This document shows positions 1-12,783 of a stretch of DNA of 64,000 bases, piece by piece. Within the stretch, counting starts at the first letter, position 1; each line of letters opens with the position of its first letter. Under the pieces are notes generated by a model. It saw only the letters and a list, made by a program, of their open reading frames with translations, made no database searches and was not told the origin of the DNA. The translations under genes were made by a program, and so were the position numbers. The stretch lies in NCBI GenBank assembly GCA_052426225.1, contig JBNJNM010000006.1, forward strand, positions 2,728,001 to 2,792,000, in the 5' to 3' direction. The DNA comes from Zancudomyces culisetae HAW-14-8. Taxonomy: Eukaryota; Fungi; Kickxellomycota.

Positions 1-318
1 GACAACAGACTCTTTGAAAGACAATTAGAAAGAACCCATCGCAGCCGCTTCGCCTTTAACCAGCCTACAATACCCAGATCAGACCCTACAAGTCCACACC
101 AACCACGCACACAGCCCATGGAAATTGACGGAACATCCACACGCCGCCCACCCATAACACCTGAAGAACGCCAAAGACGCCGTGACAACAACCTCTGCTT
201 GTATTGTGGTAACCCTGACCACATCATAGCGATCTGTCCCAGACGCCCACAAAATAGATCCACAATTACTCTCGCTGCCACCACCACACAGGAAAACTCT
301 CCAGCCCAGAACGTTTAA
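1..318 (+). CDS. gag: Gag C-terminal part with zinc knuckle (5' truncated by window edge)
   Basis: PMEID motif and [14 protein letters not shown] (CX2CX4HX4C); stop TAA at 316-318. Confidence 0.9.
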   Translation, partial: DNRLFERQLERTHRSRFAFNQPTIPRSDPTSPHQPRTQPMEIDGTSTRRPPITPEERQRRRDNNLCLYCGNPDHIIAICPRRPQNRSTITLAATTTQENSPAQNV

Positions 319-335
319 AGGACGTACCTCTGGGC
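291..335 (+). promoter_or_regulatory. Putative -1 ribosomal frameshift signal (G_GAA_AAC, 6-nt spacer, stem-loop)
   Basis: GGAAAAC 291-297; GCCCAGA 304-310 pairs with TCTGGGC 329-335; inner stem ACGTTT/GGACGT. Confidence 0.65.
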
Positions 336-3300
336 TTTATCGAACATTACAAACCGTCCTCCCCTGGTCCAATCCCACAAGTCCTGAACCTTTATTCCAC
401 TTCTTATCAACCGGAATCTACCCACCAAGATTTTGACGACTGCCTTATTAATTCTAAAATTTTTGAACCTGAACCTGAACCTGAACCTGAACCTGAATCT
501 GAACCTGAATCTGAACCTGAACCTGAATCTGAACCTGAACCTGAATCTGAACCTGAACCTGAACCTGAATCTGAACCTGAACCTGAACCTGAACCTGAAC
601 CTGAATCTGAACTTGAATCCTATATGTTATCTGAATATTCATCATACCTTGACTCCGATTCCGAAAATGAATTGGACCTCGAATCCCATCTCGTACTTAA
701 TAATTTACCATCTGCAAGAACAAACTCGAACAACTTTGATGATATCAATACTTTTACAATTGATCAACCACTGACGTCTATAATGACTTCGACTACTAAC
801 GAACATTTAGTAATCCCTGTTACCTTATTCATAGCCAACAAGAGCTTAAAACTAAATGCTATGATCGATTCCGGTGCCACTAGCTGTTTTATTGACTCCG
901 AGTTTGCTATTAAAGTTAACATCCCGCTACTAAAGAAAGAAGTTCCTATCCCACTATTAGTAATCGATGGTAGATCAATTTCATCTGGATCTATCACTCA
1001 CAACACAATTCCTTTACAACTACAAACATATCACCATCACGAAACGATTAGTTTTGATGTAACTAAGTTAGGTAAATACTCATTGATTATTGGTATTAAC
1101 TGGCTTAAACTTCATAACCCACAAATCGAATGGCCTAAGGACAAACTGGATTTTAACTCAGAATTTTGCAAAAGTAATTGTAATAATCCTTTACAAATAT
1201 TTGCAAACATTAGTGATCTGGATAATGCTCCTATGAATCTCGTAAACCACAATCATATTGATTCGAAATATGTATCCATCCCCCCTGAATACCTAGACTT
1301 CCAAGATATATTCGACAAAACCTTCTCCGATCAATTACCTCCTCACAGGTCATACGACCATAAGATACCCTTAGAACCTAATTCGGTACCGCCATTTGGA
1401 CCCATATACTCCCTATCGGAACTAGAGTTATCGGCACTTAGAGAATATCTTAAGGAGAATTTAGATAAGGGCTTTATCCGATCTTCGTCGTCACCAGCCG
1501 GTGCACCTATACTATTTGTAAAGAAAAAGGATGGTTCGCTAAGGTTATGCGTAGACTACAGAGGGCTAAACAAAGTAACAATAAAGAATCGATATCCTCT
1601 ACCTCTTATCAGCGAACTCCTAGACAGATTCAGACAAGCTAAGATATTTACAAAGATAGATTTACGTGGCGCCTACAACTTAATAAGAATTGCTGAAGGC
1701 GAAGAATGGAAAACGGCATTCCGAACCCGGTATGGGCATTACGAATACCAGGTCATGCCTTTTGGCCTCTGCAACGCTCCTGCTTCTTTTCAACACCTTA
1801 TGAACGACGTTCTATCTGATTGTTTGGATAAATTCGCAGTAGCTTACTTAGATGATGTCCTTATATATAGTAACCACCTTGAAGATCACATCACTCACGT
1901 CCGAGAAGTACTTTCACGTCTACGAAAATACTCATTATATGCAAAATTAGAAAAATGCACATTTCATAAACGTAGCGTAGAGTTTTTAGGATACATTGTC
2001 TCTGATGACGGCGTACAAATGGACCCATGCAAAACAGATGCTGTTAACAACTGGCCCACCCCAACCTGTGTAAAAGATATTCAGTCTTTCCTCGGGTTTG
2101 CAAATTTCTATCGCCGATTCATCAAAAACTTTTCTGCAATCGTTACCCCAATTACTAAACTACTTCGAAAAAATATGAAGTGGGACTGGTCCGACATAGC
2201 TCAATCCTCGTTCGAAGCTCTGAAAAAGGCTTTCACCTCTGCACCAATATTGAAATACTTTGATCCGAACAAACCTATTACAGTAGAAACTGACGCTTCC
2301 GATTTTGCTCTGGGAGGAGTAATTTCACAGACAGACGAAAATAATATTATGCATCCCATCGCATACTATTCACGGAAGCTACAGCCCGCCGAATTGAACT
2401 ATGAAATTTACGATAAGGAGCTTCTTGCAATAGTTGAAGCATTCAAGGAGTGGAGAGCATATCTGGAAGGTGCGCAACATCAAATAACAGTTATTACTGA
2501 CCACAAAAACTTGGTCTACTTCACTACAACGAAAACACTGAACCGACGACAAGCAAGATGGTCCGAACTTCTAGGAAATTATGACTTCGTAATCAAATAT
2601 GCACCTGGATCTCAAAACGGAAAACCTGATGCTTTATCTCGTCGTCCGGACCATTACCCTAAAGAGGGGGATGGTGCTATAACTAACAGTAACGTTCTAT
2701 TAAAGCCGGAACAATTGATTATTTCAGCAGTAGAACGACTACAAAACAATGATAACTTGATAACAGATATTGAAAATGCCTACTCAATAGACCCCTACGT
2801 CTATACCATATTCAAACACCTACAAAACCCTAAGCTTAGACCTCCACCTATTTTATCAAAACGCCTGTCTGACTTCAAATTAACCAATGGACTACTATTT
2901 TACAAAGGACTACTTTATGTACCAAATAGTAACAACATCAAGCTACAAATACTCTACAACCATCATAACTCAAACACTGCTGGTCACTTAGGAAGATTAA
3001 AGACCTTAGAACTCATCACCAGAAATTATTACTGGCCAAGCATGAGAAGATTCGTAGAAGATTACATAGCAACTTGCGACCTATGCAATAGATGCAAAAT
3101 TTCACGACATAAACCATATGGATACCTGCAATCCCTACCAGTGCCCCTTAAACCATGGGAGTCCATATCTATGGATTTTATTGTGAGCTTACCTGACTCC
3201 CATGGATATAATGCTATCTTAGTTGTTGTAGATCGGTTTACTAAGATGTCCCATTTTATACCAACAACAAATACGATTAGTGCTTCCCAAACTGCTAAAC

Positions 3301-4241
3301 TGTTTCTCACTCACATATACCGACTACATGGTCTCCCCACAAATATTGTATCTGACAGAGGTTCTATATTTACTTCAAAATTTTGGTCAACCCTCATGAA
3401 ACTACTAAACATAAAAACAAATTTATCCACAGCCTTTCATCCTCAGTCAGATGGCCAAACCGAGCGTGTCAACCAGGTTTTAGAACAATACCTACGATTC
3501 TACTGTAACTACAATCAAAACAACTGGTCCGAGCTGCTGTCGCTAGCTGAATACTCCTATAACAACTCACAACATTCTACAACGAAGTTCAGCCCTTTCT
3601 TCGCTAACTTTGGATACCATCCAACTTCTCTCCCCAACTTAAAGATATCATCCATATCACATTCACCTGCAGCATCTGACCTCGCTTCCATCATTTCTAT
3701 TACACATAAAAAGTTGATCCAAAATATAAAAGAAGCTAATACTAGATATGCTAAAGCATATAACAAGAAAAGAATGCAACCCCCTGACTTCCCTATCGGT
3801 TCATTTGTATGGCTCAACAAAAAATACATCAAAACTACTAGACCAAACAACAAGTTGGATTATACTAAAATTGGTCCATACAAAGTCATCCAAAAAGTTG
3901 GAAACTCTGCCTACAAGCTGGAACTGCCGGACTCCATGCGCATACATCCAGTATTCAATATCTCACTTCTGGAACCAGTCGTAAGAAAAGAAACCATGGA
4001 TCGTATTCAAGAAACCCCACCCCCTATAGTTATAAATGGTCAAAATGAATATGAAGTAGAACAGATACTTGATAGCAGAGTCAGGTACAACAAGCTTGAG
4101 TACCTAGTTGATTGGAAGGGATACGATATAGACTCTAGATCGTGGGAACCTGCCATAAACTTAGAAAATGCACAAGAGTTAGTCAAGGACTATCATCTGC
4201 GGAACCCCACAAGACCTAAGCCTCGCGGTGCTCACCATTAA
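291..4241 (+). CDS. pol: Pol polyprotein in the -1 frame relative to gag (protease, RT, RNase H, integrase, chromodomain)
   Basis: Frame is open from at least 291 into the 624..4241 ORF; motifs [43 protein letters not shown]. Confidence 0.95.
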   Translation, partial: GKLSSPERLKDVPLGFIEHYKPSSPGPIPQVLNLYSTSYQPESTHQDFDDCLINSKIFEPEPEPEPEPESEPESEPEPESEPEPESEPEPEPESEPEPEPEPEPESELESYMLSEYSSYLDSDSENELDLESHLVLNNLPSARTNSNNFDDINTFTIDQPLTSIMTSTTNEHLVIPVTLFIANKSLKLNAMIDSGATSCFIDSEFAIKVNIPLLKKEVPIPLLVIDGRSISSGSITHNTIPLQLQTYHHHETISFDVTKLGKYSLIIGINWLKLHNPQIEWPKDKLDFNSEFCKSNCNNPLQIFANISDLDNAPMNLVNHNHIDSKYVSIPPEYLDFQDIFDKTFSDQLPPHRSYDHKIPLEPNSVPPFGPIYSLSELELSALREYLKENLDKGFIRSSSSPAGAPILFVKKKDGSLRLCVDYRGLNKVTIKNRYPLPLISELLDRFRQAKIFTKIDLRGAYNLIRIAEGEEWKTAFRTRYGHYEYQVMPFGLCNAPASFQHLMNDVLSDCLDKFAVAYLDDVLIYSNHLEDHITHVREVLSRLRKYSLYAKLEKCTFHKRSVEFLGYIVSDDGVQMDPCKTDAVNNWPTPTCVKDIQSFLGFANFYRRFIKNFSAIVTPITKLLRKNMKWDWSDIAQSSFEALKKAFTSAPILKYFDPNKPITVETDASDFALGGVISQTDENNIMHPIAYYSRKLQPAELNYEIYDKELLAIVEAFKEWRAYLEGAQHQITVITDHKNLVYFTTTKTLNRRQARWSELLGNYDFVIKYAPGSQNGKPDALSRRPDHYPKEGDGAITNSNVLLKPEQLIISAVERLQNNDNLITDIENAYSIDPYVYTIFKHLQNPKLRPPPILSKRLSDFKLTNGLLFYKGLLYVPNSNNIKLQILYNHHNSNTAGHLGRLKTLELITRNYYWPSMRRFVEDYIATCDLCNRCKISRHKPYGYLQSLPVPLKPWESISMDFIVSLPDSHGYNAILVVVDRFTKMSHFIPTTNTISASQTAKLFLTHIYRLHGLPTNIVSDRGSIFTSKFWSTLMKLLNIKTNLSTAFHPQSDGQTERVNQVLEQYLRFYCNYNQNNWSELLSLAEYSYNNSQHSTTKFSPFFANFGYHPTSLPNLKISSISHSPAASDLASIISITHKKLIQNIKEANTRYAKAYNKKRMQPPDFPIGSFVWLNKKYIKTTRPNNKLDYTKIGPYKVIQKVGNSAYKLELPDSMRIHPVFNISLLEPVVRKETMDRIQETPPPIVINGQNEYEVEQILDSRVRYNKLEYLVDWKGYDIDSRSWEPAINLENAQELVKDYHLRNPTRPKPRGAHH
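465..620 (+). repeat. Hexamer tandem repeat (GAACCT/GAATCT) x26 encoding Glu-Pro/Glu-Ser in the pol frame
   Basis: 156 bp of 6-mer units, in frame with pol. Confidence 0.95.
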
Positions 4242-4253
4242 AGAGGGAGATAC

Positions 4254-4610
4254 TGTCATAACCATAAAATATAATTAAATTCTAGACCGTTGTGTCTATT
4301 TATTTTATTGGTAAGTTTAAATTACGAATTTTAATTAATAAATTCGTAATTATCATTTCATGATTTTCTAAAACATTCTAGAAATTTTATTATTACATAA
4401 TAATTTTAATAATAAGTTCCTGTCTAGAAAATTTTGATTAGTAATCAAGCGATAGAAGCAATAATTTTTATTCAAGTTTCTAACTTTTTTATAAGTATAA
4501 AAACCCTAGTTTTTTCCTTAAAATTTCTATTCCTTATCTGACAACAATTGTCTTATATATAAATAAAAAAAAATAGTACTAAACTAAATATTCCTAAACC
4601 AGTTTTGACA
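4254..4610 (+). repeat. 3' LTR of element 1 (~357 bp)
   Basis: Starts TGTCATAAC just after the PPT and ends GTTTTGACA (imperfect inverted termini); contains TATAAAAA and AATAAA. Confidence 0.75.
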
Positions 4611-4687
4611 CTAATGCAAAATTTATAGAACTACCTTCTATTCTTAACATCATCCTCCTTTTTAAGATTGAGCTCTGCGAGATGAGT

Positions 4688-7600
4688 TATTTCTGACTGT
4701 CTTCAAAATCGTTTAATAACTCCTGACTGTTTACTAGGTTTTCTTCTGGTTCCCATGTGTTGTCGTTATCATTGAAACCTTTCCACTTGATAAGGTAATA
4801 CTTGGTTCTTCCTTTGATTTTTCTGTCTAGGATCTGATCTACTTCCCATTCTTCATTATCATAACAATGATTGGTTCTGGCGGTCTTTGTGTCTGTCCTG
4901 GTATGGTCGGCTTGTAGTATCTTTCCAATAGGGAGACATGGTATACATTATGTGATTTCATAGTTTCTGGAAGATCTAGTTTGTATGCTACCTGATTAAT
5001 CTTATCTGATATCCTAAACGGTTCTAGCCTTTGGTAGTTCAGTTTGCTTGATGGTCTTGTGGTCTTGATATTTTTTCTGAATAACCATAAAATGTCATTA
5101 ATCTTGAATTCCTGATCTTTACGTTTTTTGTTTGAGTATTTCTGCGTTATTTAGGTTATCCTTTATTGTTTCCTGAATCTTCTTGATTGTACTTAGTCTC
5201 TGTTCCAACGAAGGTACATTTGTGCTGAAGTTGTTTAGCTTAAAATGATCTGCTTTTGGATGGTAGCCTGTGTTAGCATAAAATGGAGTATGCTTGGTGC
5301 TATTGTTTGTTGAGTTGTTATAGGCAAACTCTGCAAGTGGTAGTAGTTCAGCCCAATTGTCCTGATTATAAGTTGTGTAACATCTTAGATACTGTTCAAG
5401 TGTTTGATTTACGCGTTCAACCTGACCATTTGCTTCTGGGTGATATGCTGTAGTAAGATTAGATTTGATTCCTAATATTTTTGTCAATGATTGCCAGAAT
5501 GCGGATCTGAACTGTGGCCCTCTGTCTGAGGTTATCTCTTCTGGGAGTCCGTGATGTTTAAAGATGTTGTCTAAATATAGCTTGGCAGTCTTTGCGGCAT
5601 CTATGGATTCATTGCAAGCAATGAAGTGTGCTTGTTTAGTTAGTCTACAGACGACAACTAAGATAGAGTCAAAGTTATTTGAGCGTGGGAGTTTGACTAT
5701 AAAGTCAATGGATGTAAATTGCCATGGGCGTTCTGGAATTGGTAACGGGGTGAGTAGTCCATAAGGCTTGTGTCTGGAGTGCTTGGTTCTTTGACAGGTA
5801 TCACATCCTTTGATGTAGTTGTTGATATACTGTCTCATTCCTTTCCAGTAGAAGTCTTTGGCAATTAGATTATATGTCTTGAACTGCCCTGGATGTCCAG
5901 CGGTAACTGCATCATGTCTGACCTTTAGAATTTCCAGTTTCTCTGATTCTGACTTGATTTCTCTGATCCGGGCGTTTTGAATTTGGACCTGATTTATCCA
6001 TAATTTGTGCGGGAGAAGTGTGGATTCAAACTTTTGTGGGTTTGCGTAGGGTTCCCCCTCCTTAGGAAGCAAGTCGGTCCTCCGACTCAAGGCATCTGAT
6101 ACAGGGTTTAAAGCTCCTGGTCTGTAGCAAAGTTTGAAGTCATACTCAGATAGGGTACCAGCCCATCTGGCATGTCTTTGTTTTAATATGCGTTTTGACC
6201 TGAAAAAGGTTAGGTTCCGATGATCGGAATAAATAGATATAGGGTGAATTGCGCCTGATAGGTAGTGTCTCCAATGCTTGAGTGAGTCAACAATGGCTAA
6301 AAGTTCTTTGTCATGAACGTCGTAGTTCACTTCTGCGTCTACCAGCTTTCTGGAGTAAAATGCTACAGGATGTTGTTTGTCGTTGGATTCTGGATCTAGT
6401 TGTGTCAGAACTGCTCCGATTGCAAAATCTGAAGCGTCGGTCTCTAGAGTGAACGGTAGATTGGGATCGACATGATGTAGTATTGGAGCTGATGTTATCA
6501 GGTTCTTTAGGGTTATGAAGCGGTATTGCATTCTCCTGACCATTCAAATTTGATGTCCTTTTTGGTGAGATTAGTAAGTGGTTTTGCTACTTTGGAGTAG
6601 TCCCTGATAAATCTTCTGTAAAAGTTTGCAAATCCTAGAAAACTCATGACATCTTTTACATTCTTTGGCGTCTCCCAATCTAGGATACTGATTACTTTGT
6701 CTTTGCTCATAGATATTCCTTTATCAGATACGACAAAGCCTAAGAATTCGACCGATTTCTGATCAAATAGACTTTTCTCGAGTTTGGCGTATAGTCCATG
6801 CTGCCGGAGCCAAACTAGTACGTCTTTGACATGTTTTGTATGGGTATCTTGATCTGGTGAGAAGATTAAAATATCGTCAAGATAAATTATCACCGAGATA
6901 TCAAGCATGTCACGAAAAATGTCGTTCATCATGTGTTGGAATATCGCAGGAGCATTAGTAAGACCGAAAGGCATTACTAAGTATTCAAAGTGACCGTATC
7001 TAGACCTGAATGCTGTTTTCCATTCCTCACCTGGCTTCATTCTAACAAGATTGAAGGCTCCCCTGAGATCGATCTTGGTGAAAATTCTAGCTGATGATAA
7101 TCGATCTAGTAGTTCAGTGATCAGAGGAAGAGGATATCTGTTATTGACTGTGATTTCATTGAGTTCTCGGTAGTCCACACACGGTCTTAGCCCTCCATCT
7201 TTCTTGTTCACAAAAAATATTGGTGCACCTGCAGGTGATTTGCTTGGTCTGATAAAACCCTTTTGTAGGTTTTCTTTGATGTATTCTATAAGAGCTTTTA
7301 GTTCTGGTCCAGATAGGTTGTAGATTGGTTTGAACGGTGGTATTTTATCTTTATCTTGGAGTGGAATTTCGCAATCATAGGGTCTTAGTTCCGGTAGTGT
7401 GTCCGAGTTTTTCTTTGAAAAAACATCACGATAGTCCTTGTACTTAGAGGGTAGGATTAATTCAGGTTCGGGTGTACAGGTTGCTTTATTGATTTCCTCT
7501 ACCGGTTCAGGTCTTATTAACTTTAGGGTGAGGTTCTCCCAATTGATTTGTGGATTGTTTGTACGTAACCATGGTAATCCGAGAATTATAGGGCTGCTGA

Positions 7601-7964
7601 GATTTTTAACTAAGTTGAAGCTGATTTTTTCCTGAAAACTATTTATCATTATTGGTAACCTCGTTGTTTCATGTGTGATTAATCCTTCTCTAGAATTACT
7701 ATTATCTGCTAATAATAATCTGCAAGAATGGGTTTTCCTGATCATTTTGATTTTATTATGTATCGCAAAATCAAGATTCATGAAGTTTCCTGATGCTCCT
7801 GAGTCAATCAGTGCATATGTATGATTATCTTTATTATTGTTTAAACTAATATTAATAAAAAACTTGTTTTTTGAATTATTTAATTTTCTACTTTTTATGG
7901 TACTTTTCTTTATAAATAAACTACTAATAAAATTTGAGGCATTGTAGTTCTTCAGTTCCCTCAT
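4688..7964 (-). pseudogene. pol: pol of element 2, broken by frameshifts near 6520-6540 and 5120
   Basis: Consecutive Pol domains are split across ORFs 6513..7964, 5119..6543 and a downstream frame. Confidence 0.85.
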
Positions 7965-7988
7965 TCCTGAAGATTCGATTTGTTTTTT
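7935..7988 (-). promoter_or_regulatory. -1 frameshift cassette: A_AAA_AAC, 8-nt spacer, H-type pseudoknot
   Basis: Minus strand CCA AAA AAC; stem 1 TCTTCAG/CTGAAGA; stem 2 TGAGG/CCTCA; the -1 frame is continuous with pol. Confidence 0.75.
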
Positions 7989-8593
7989 GGCTTAAACTTT
8001 TCTGGGATTGGAGAGTCTGGCTGGTCAATGGACTTTTTGAACATTTTCTTGAGTTGTCTGGCCTTCCGAGGACACTCTTTCAGGGAGTGATTGGGGTTTG
8101 CACAGTAAAAACATAACTTGTTGTACTTACGGTGGTCTCTTTCTGATTCTGTAAGTCTTTTGGTTCCAATTAAGTCGATGTCCATACTGTCAGTATCTCG
8201 TCTTGAGAAGGATTTATTCGGAATCCAAGGTTCTCTCCTGAGTTTTTCGGTTCTTCTTTGAGCTATTCGGTTGTCGATTCTGATGCACAATGCGGTGTAT
8301 AACTCAAAATCTCCTGGGATTCGATCCATTGTGGCGAGCGTGTCTTTTATCTCGTCGTTGAGCCCGTCATAGAATAACTTGATTAGAGCTGCTTCATTGA
8401 AATCCGCTTCTAGTGCAATACTTTTAAAATGAGTCGAGTATGTTAGGCAGTTTGAAGTCCCTTGTCTCATTTTTGACAGTCTCATCTGGGCTTTCCAGGT
8501 AGAGTTAGGATCTCCGTAAGTGTATTCGAGTAAGGCAAAGAAATTATTGCTATCAAGGAGCGCTGGATGGTTTGATCTTCCATAGTTCGAAAC

Positions 8594-9764
8594 TGTCATG
8601 ATTTTCATGTCATAACTGCTATTTGTTTTTATTTTATTTTTATTTTAGATAGAGTTTATTAGTGTCCTGAACTAAAAAATCAAATTGAAAGAAATACTAG
8701 TTAAGTAAGTGTAACTAAATCAAAAATCTGTTCATAGGGAGTGTATCCTGGAAATAGTTGAGAAATTCTTGGTAGATAAAAAATTCGTTTCGAAGATCTG
8801 TGGTTATTATTATTGTTATTTGTGTTTGAGGAGATTGTTGATGCAGAATTGTTGAAAAAATTGAAAATTGATAGGAGATTTATAAAATGTTGAAGTGACA
8901 TTATTTTTTTGGTCAATCAGGTTCAAATTCAAACAGGTTTTTCTCCTCATCATTGTTTATGTTGTATACTTTGTAGTACATCCGCATGTATTCTTTCCAT
9001 CTAAATAATAGTTGAAATGCGTTGTAGTTTTATTCTGATAGTGCGCCTCAGTTTTCGCTCTGTATATATTCCAGATGGCTGATGCTAAATAATTTTTATG
9101 TCTTTAATAGGTGCCTAATTTTGTTGCATCCAGACATAATTTCTTCCCAATTGAAGTCGATTATTCAATTTTCCTGATTTTTTTCAAGGTGTAATTGATC
9201 AATGAATGTTTTTTTTTAGATTGGAAATTAAAAAGGAAAAAAAATTATTCCAAAAACACTTGATTCTATTACAGTCAAAGAGGCGTGTTTGATAGTTTCG
9301 GTTTCGTTTTTTTTACAGATTTTACAAAGCGAATTTTCTATCGATCCAGTCCAACTCGATACTGTTTTATAACTGCTATTTTTAATTTCACTTAAAAATA
9401 GTAAATGCTAAATTTATTTAACATTCTCTCCGCAAATTAAATTTATTCTCAAATATTCATTCTCATATGAATTATTTGTAAAAAATTTATTAAACATTTT
9501 ACCCGTTTGAAGAATGTTTCAATAGCTGCAATTCAAAAAAATATAGCAGTTAAAATATTAACGATGTTTTAGTTTGAACATTCTCTAGTACATTTTGATT
9601 AAGTTGTATTTTCCGTTTTAATATTTTGTTAAGGTAAATTATATAATCGAAAGGATTTTATTGCAAAGGAGACCTTTAGCAATAAAATATTTGCATTCCA
9701 TAGTATTTATTTAATAAATCAAGTATTAAGTTATAATTATAGTACTTAGTGTCAGGTCCTGAGA
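8594..9764 (+). mobile_element. Solo LTR (TGTCATGA...TGTCAxGTCCTGACA family) interrupted by a LINE fragment
   Basis: Flanked by GAAAC (8589-8593 and 9765-9769); homologous by eye to the LTR at 20480-21248. Confidence 0.75.
8625..9368 (-). mobile_element. 5'-truncated LINE 3' end with A-rich tail and 13-bp TSD
   Basis: TSD ATAACTGCTATTT at 8612-8624 and 9369-9381; minus strand encodes CKICKKNETETIKH..FDC (zf-RVT-like); (TAAAA)n tail. Confidence 0.8.
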
Positions 9765-10649
9765 GAAACCTAGCAAACAATATAACTATAATTGTGAATA
9801 CGACTAAAATAGTACGTCCCGCAAATAATCCTTGAAGGTAAGTATTTACGTAGTCTAGATCAGTGTATAACTTTTTTTTCTTTTGTATTTCCTTTGTGTT
9901 AATAGTTTTTTATTTTTCAATTACTACGCTTTTTCTTTTCAAAAATAATCCTACTTCCGCCATTTTTTATATATTAGATTAATTTTCTCCTTACGTTCAC
10001 CATCCATTATTTATGATTAAATAAATTAAATGATCTTATAAAACTAAATATAAACCAATTTATACTCTAGTTGTTCCTGAAGTTTTAAGTATAATCATAA
10101 AATGTTTCAGGTTATTGTCAAAATCGACACGTGATTCAATTACATATCACATAATTTTCAACCCCAACTTGACCAGTAGGATAAATAAAACTTTAAATAC
10201 AAGTTTAAGGAGAGATAATTTAACAGCCAATAATAATCATCTTTTTACCCAAAATATATAATTTATTTTTTTAATTTTTTTTTTGAAAATGTTTATGTAT
10301 AATTATAAATGTAATAAATTTTATTTGGTTTATATCATTATCCTAACTAAAAATTTTACCAAACTTTTCAATTTCTCATAATTATATATTTTGGTTTTAA
10401 ATAATTAACATAACATTTACCGACCTCCACATTATTAATTTCAATGTTTAAATTAATGTTTTAGATAGTTTTAAATTTAGTTAAATTTTTACATTATCGT
10501 CACATCATATAAAGTAAATAAGCTATGCAATTGTAATGATAGAACGAACGTTTTACAACATGTTTAGTTTCGTTTAGTTGATTCACTTGTAGTCCAGTTT
10601 AATTATAAATATAAATTATACAAGTTCAGACCTTGACAAATATATATTT

Positions 10650-12700
10650 AATATGATCAATATAGGTTAAAAATTAAAAAGGAACGATCTCGACTACTCA
10701 TCGACTTGGCTCTCCTCTCCTGGCTCGATAGAAAACCACATACATTTGACCTTGAGCCATGTTCGTTTGAATCTATTGAGCGTTTGGTACTTGTAGTCTT
10801 GGTTGATTTTTTCTCGAAGCATTCCGATAAAACAATGATATAATTCAGTTCCGTTAAGGTTGACATTCGACACGAGCTCGCGGTACGCGCGCGCTAAATG
10901 TTCCATATGGCTAAAGCGTGTAGAGTTGTCCTTCCAGGTATTTTTCCTTTATATTTATTAAACGTATTATAGATATCTTGTATAGTTATATTGTTTTCTG
11001 TTCTGTTTTCATCTTCACCTCCTTCAATAAATTCGCTATCTTCTTCCAATATTCTTACATTCGACTACAGTCGTATAGCATTTGTTTGTAGTCTTCTTCG
11101 TCCATCTTACAAAAGCTACAGCGACTATCGCCATATATTTTTCCGCAACTTCTGTTTTATGTTTCTATATCTTTCCCTGTTATAATTCCACCATGGTACA
11201 TTAGCCTTAAGAAACTTTTAATTTTTGGCTGTACATTCAATGTTCGTATATTTTTCCAGCTAAAGCTCTCTATACTGTTAATTTCTATCCCCATTGTCTT
11301 GTAGTTTGGTTCCATTTTTGGTCTCTGTTCTGTTACTATAAATTGACCCTCTAGGTATCGCCGTGCCATTATTGTTGTGTAGGACCATTCTACACTGTCA
11401 AAAATGGATAGCTTATCTTTTGGTAACCTAGTTTGTTTTGCACTATTTTCAGTCTCAAAAAAATTTTGTTCATCGATTTTACTTAAATATAATTCCTTTG
11501 ATTTCAATTCAATTTCAATTTTATATTTTGATTTATCATCATCACTCAGAATTTTTTTAAAATTACCGAAGAAATCGGGTACATTTTTTATACCTAATTG
11601 CTATAATAATAATATATCTTTTTTGTAGATATATCAATCAAATTCTTAACAAAATTACGCTTAGAATTTTTTGTTTATTAAATTCCCAATTTTTAACGTT
11701 TGTAATATCAATATTAATGAATTCATCGTATAAATATCAATTTTGACCCATATAATCCTTTTTTGGCACATTTTGAGTCAGTTTTCACCAAAATAAGCGT
11801 CTGAGTACATAATTTCACCGCTATGATATTATTTGAGTTAATAGTTAAAAATTGATTTATGCTATTTCTTGCCACATTAATTTCCGTATTGGTATTATCT
11901 ATTAACCTCGAAATAATCAAATTCCTATATATAATTAAAGAATGCAACTGGAAATCAATGGGAATTAATCCTCAACCACCCAGGTCAACTGGGAGTTTGT
12001 CACGATTGACACTAGGTACTATTGTTGCTTTAAAATATTTTATTTATATAAGATAATATACATTGTAAAGAATTTCATACCAGAAAATTTTTACTTTATA
12101 TATCAATTATATTACATATAAAAAAATGTACTAATATTATAATTAACTAATGAAAAATTAATATTATAATTATAATTTTGGTTTTGTTTTTATATCATTA
12201 CTTTATAATGAATCAGACAACAAAATGATTCAATTAAAATAAGTGTTTTGATTAATATTGTAATAATACTAATTCAAAATCTTATCGTGTCATATTCATG
12301 ACATAGTTCTAGTTTTTCGATACCAATTCTTGATTTTTTTCCGTTCCAAATAAAATTTTTGACTAAACTTTTGAGTTTGTCTCTAAAGAGTTTTCCAAAC
12401 GGTATGACCTGGGCACTGACCAAACCTTAGAAAGTTTAAAAAAATAGTTAGCAAAATCTTGCCGGATATTGATAGATGCCTCTTGCTAATCATTTTAGCC
12501 TTTGCATCTATATCCGAAAGCAACTTATCCTCCATGATTTTTGATTGATTCCATGAGTTGAAAGTGATCCATAAATAACTAAATTTGCTTCCTTATCCAA
12601 CACAGAGTAAAACCCATCAATGACAGATATTTTTCCGATGCTGATATCTAATGTTTTTCCATGATTAACTCTTGCATTATATGCCTTGCAATGCAACCCC
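10650..12700 (-). mobile_element. Degenerate LINE ORF2 (RT C-terminus to zf-RVT region)
   Basis: Fragments KRHLSISGKILL, IGIEKLELPVDLGG*GL (read across the LTR insertion) and WKNIRTLNVQPKIKSFL; many stops and frameshifts. Confidence 0.65.
11998..12303 (-). mobile_element. Solo LTR (hairpin-ended family) inserted in the LINE
   Basis: Minus-strand termini TGTCATGAATATGACA...TAGTGTCAATCGTGACA; TSD GAGTT/TAGTT (4 of 5 match). Confidence 0.7.
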
Positions 12701-12701
12701 A

Positions 12702-12783
12702 CCATAATTATAATAATATTTAATCTTCAACATAATAATTGGTTTATGCTTTGTTGTAATTCAATAAAACTCGTGCTGTGACA
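12702..12783 (+). repeat. Partial copy of the short (~135 bp) LTR
   Basis: TTGGTTTATGCTTTGTTGTAATTC and AATAAAACTCGTGCTGTGACA match the 3' half of the family. Confidence 0.65.

Larger units (their letters stand above)
1..4610 (+). mobile_element. Ty3/gypsy chromovirus LTR retrotransposon (element 1; 5' part outside the window), apparently intact
   Basis: Gag C-terminus with CCHC knuckle, uninterrupted pol (PR-RT-RH-IN-chromodomain), PPT AAAGAGGGAGA at ~4240-4250, then a TG...CA LTR. Confidence 0.95.
4611..8593 (-). mobile_element. Ty3/gypsy chromovirus (element 2), frameshifted, 3' LTR interrupted by element 1, gag 5' end interrupted by a solo LTR
   Basis: gag 7961-8593 (CFYCANPNHSLKEC); PR/RT 6513-7964 (DSGA, YLDD); RH/IN 5119-6543; chromodomain [12 protein letters not shown] near 4700-4850; PPT AAAAAGGAGGA then LTR start TGTTAAG at 4649. 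Confidence 0.92.

Noticed and set aside
465-620. CRISPR array or telomere-like repeat
   Set aside because: No spacers; an internal coding microsatellite in a eukaryotic retrotransposon.
433-774. Poly-(NL) ORF and antisense poly-(QV) ORF
   Set aside because: Shadow frames of the GAACCT repeat; the pol frame (EP) is the biologically coherent reading.
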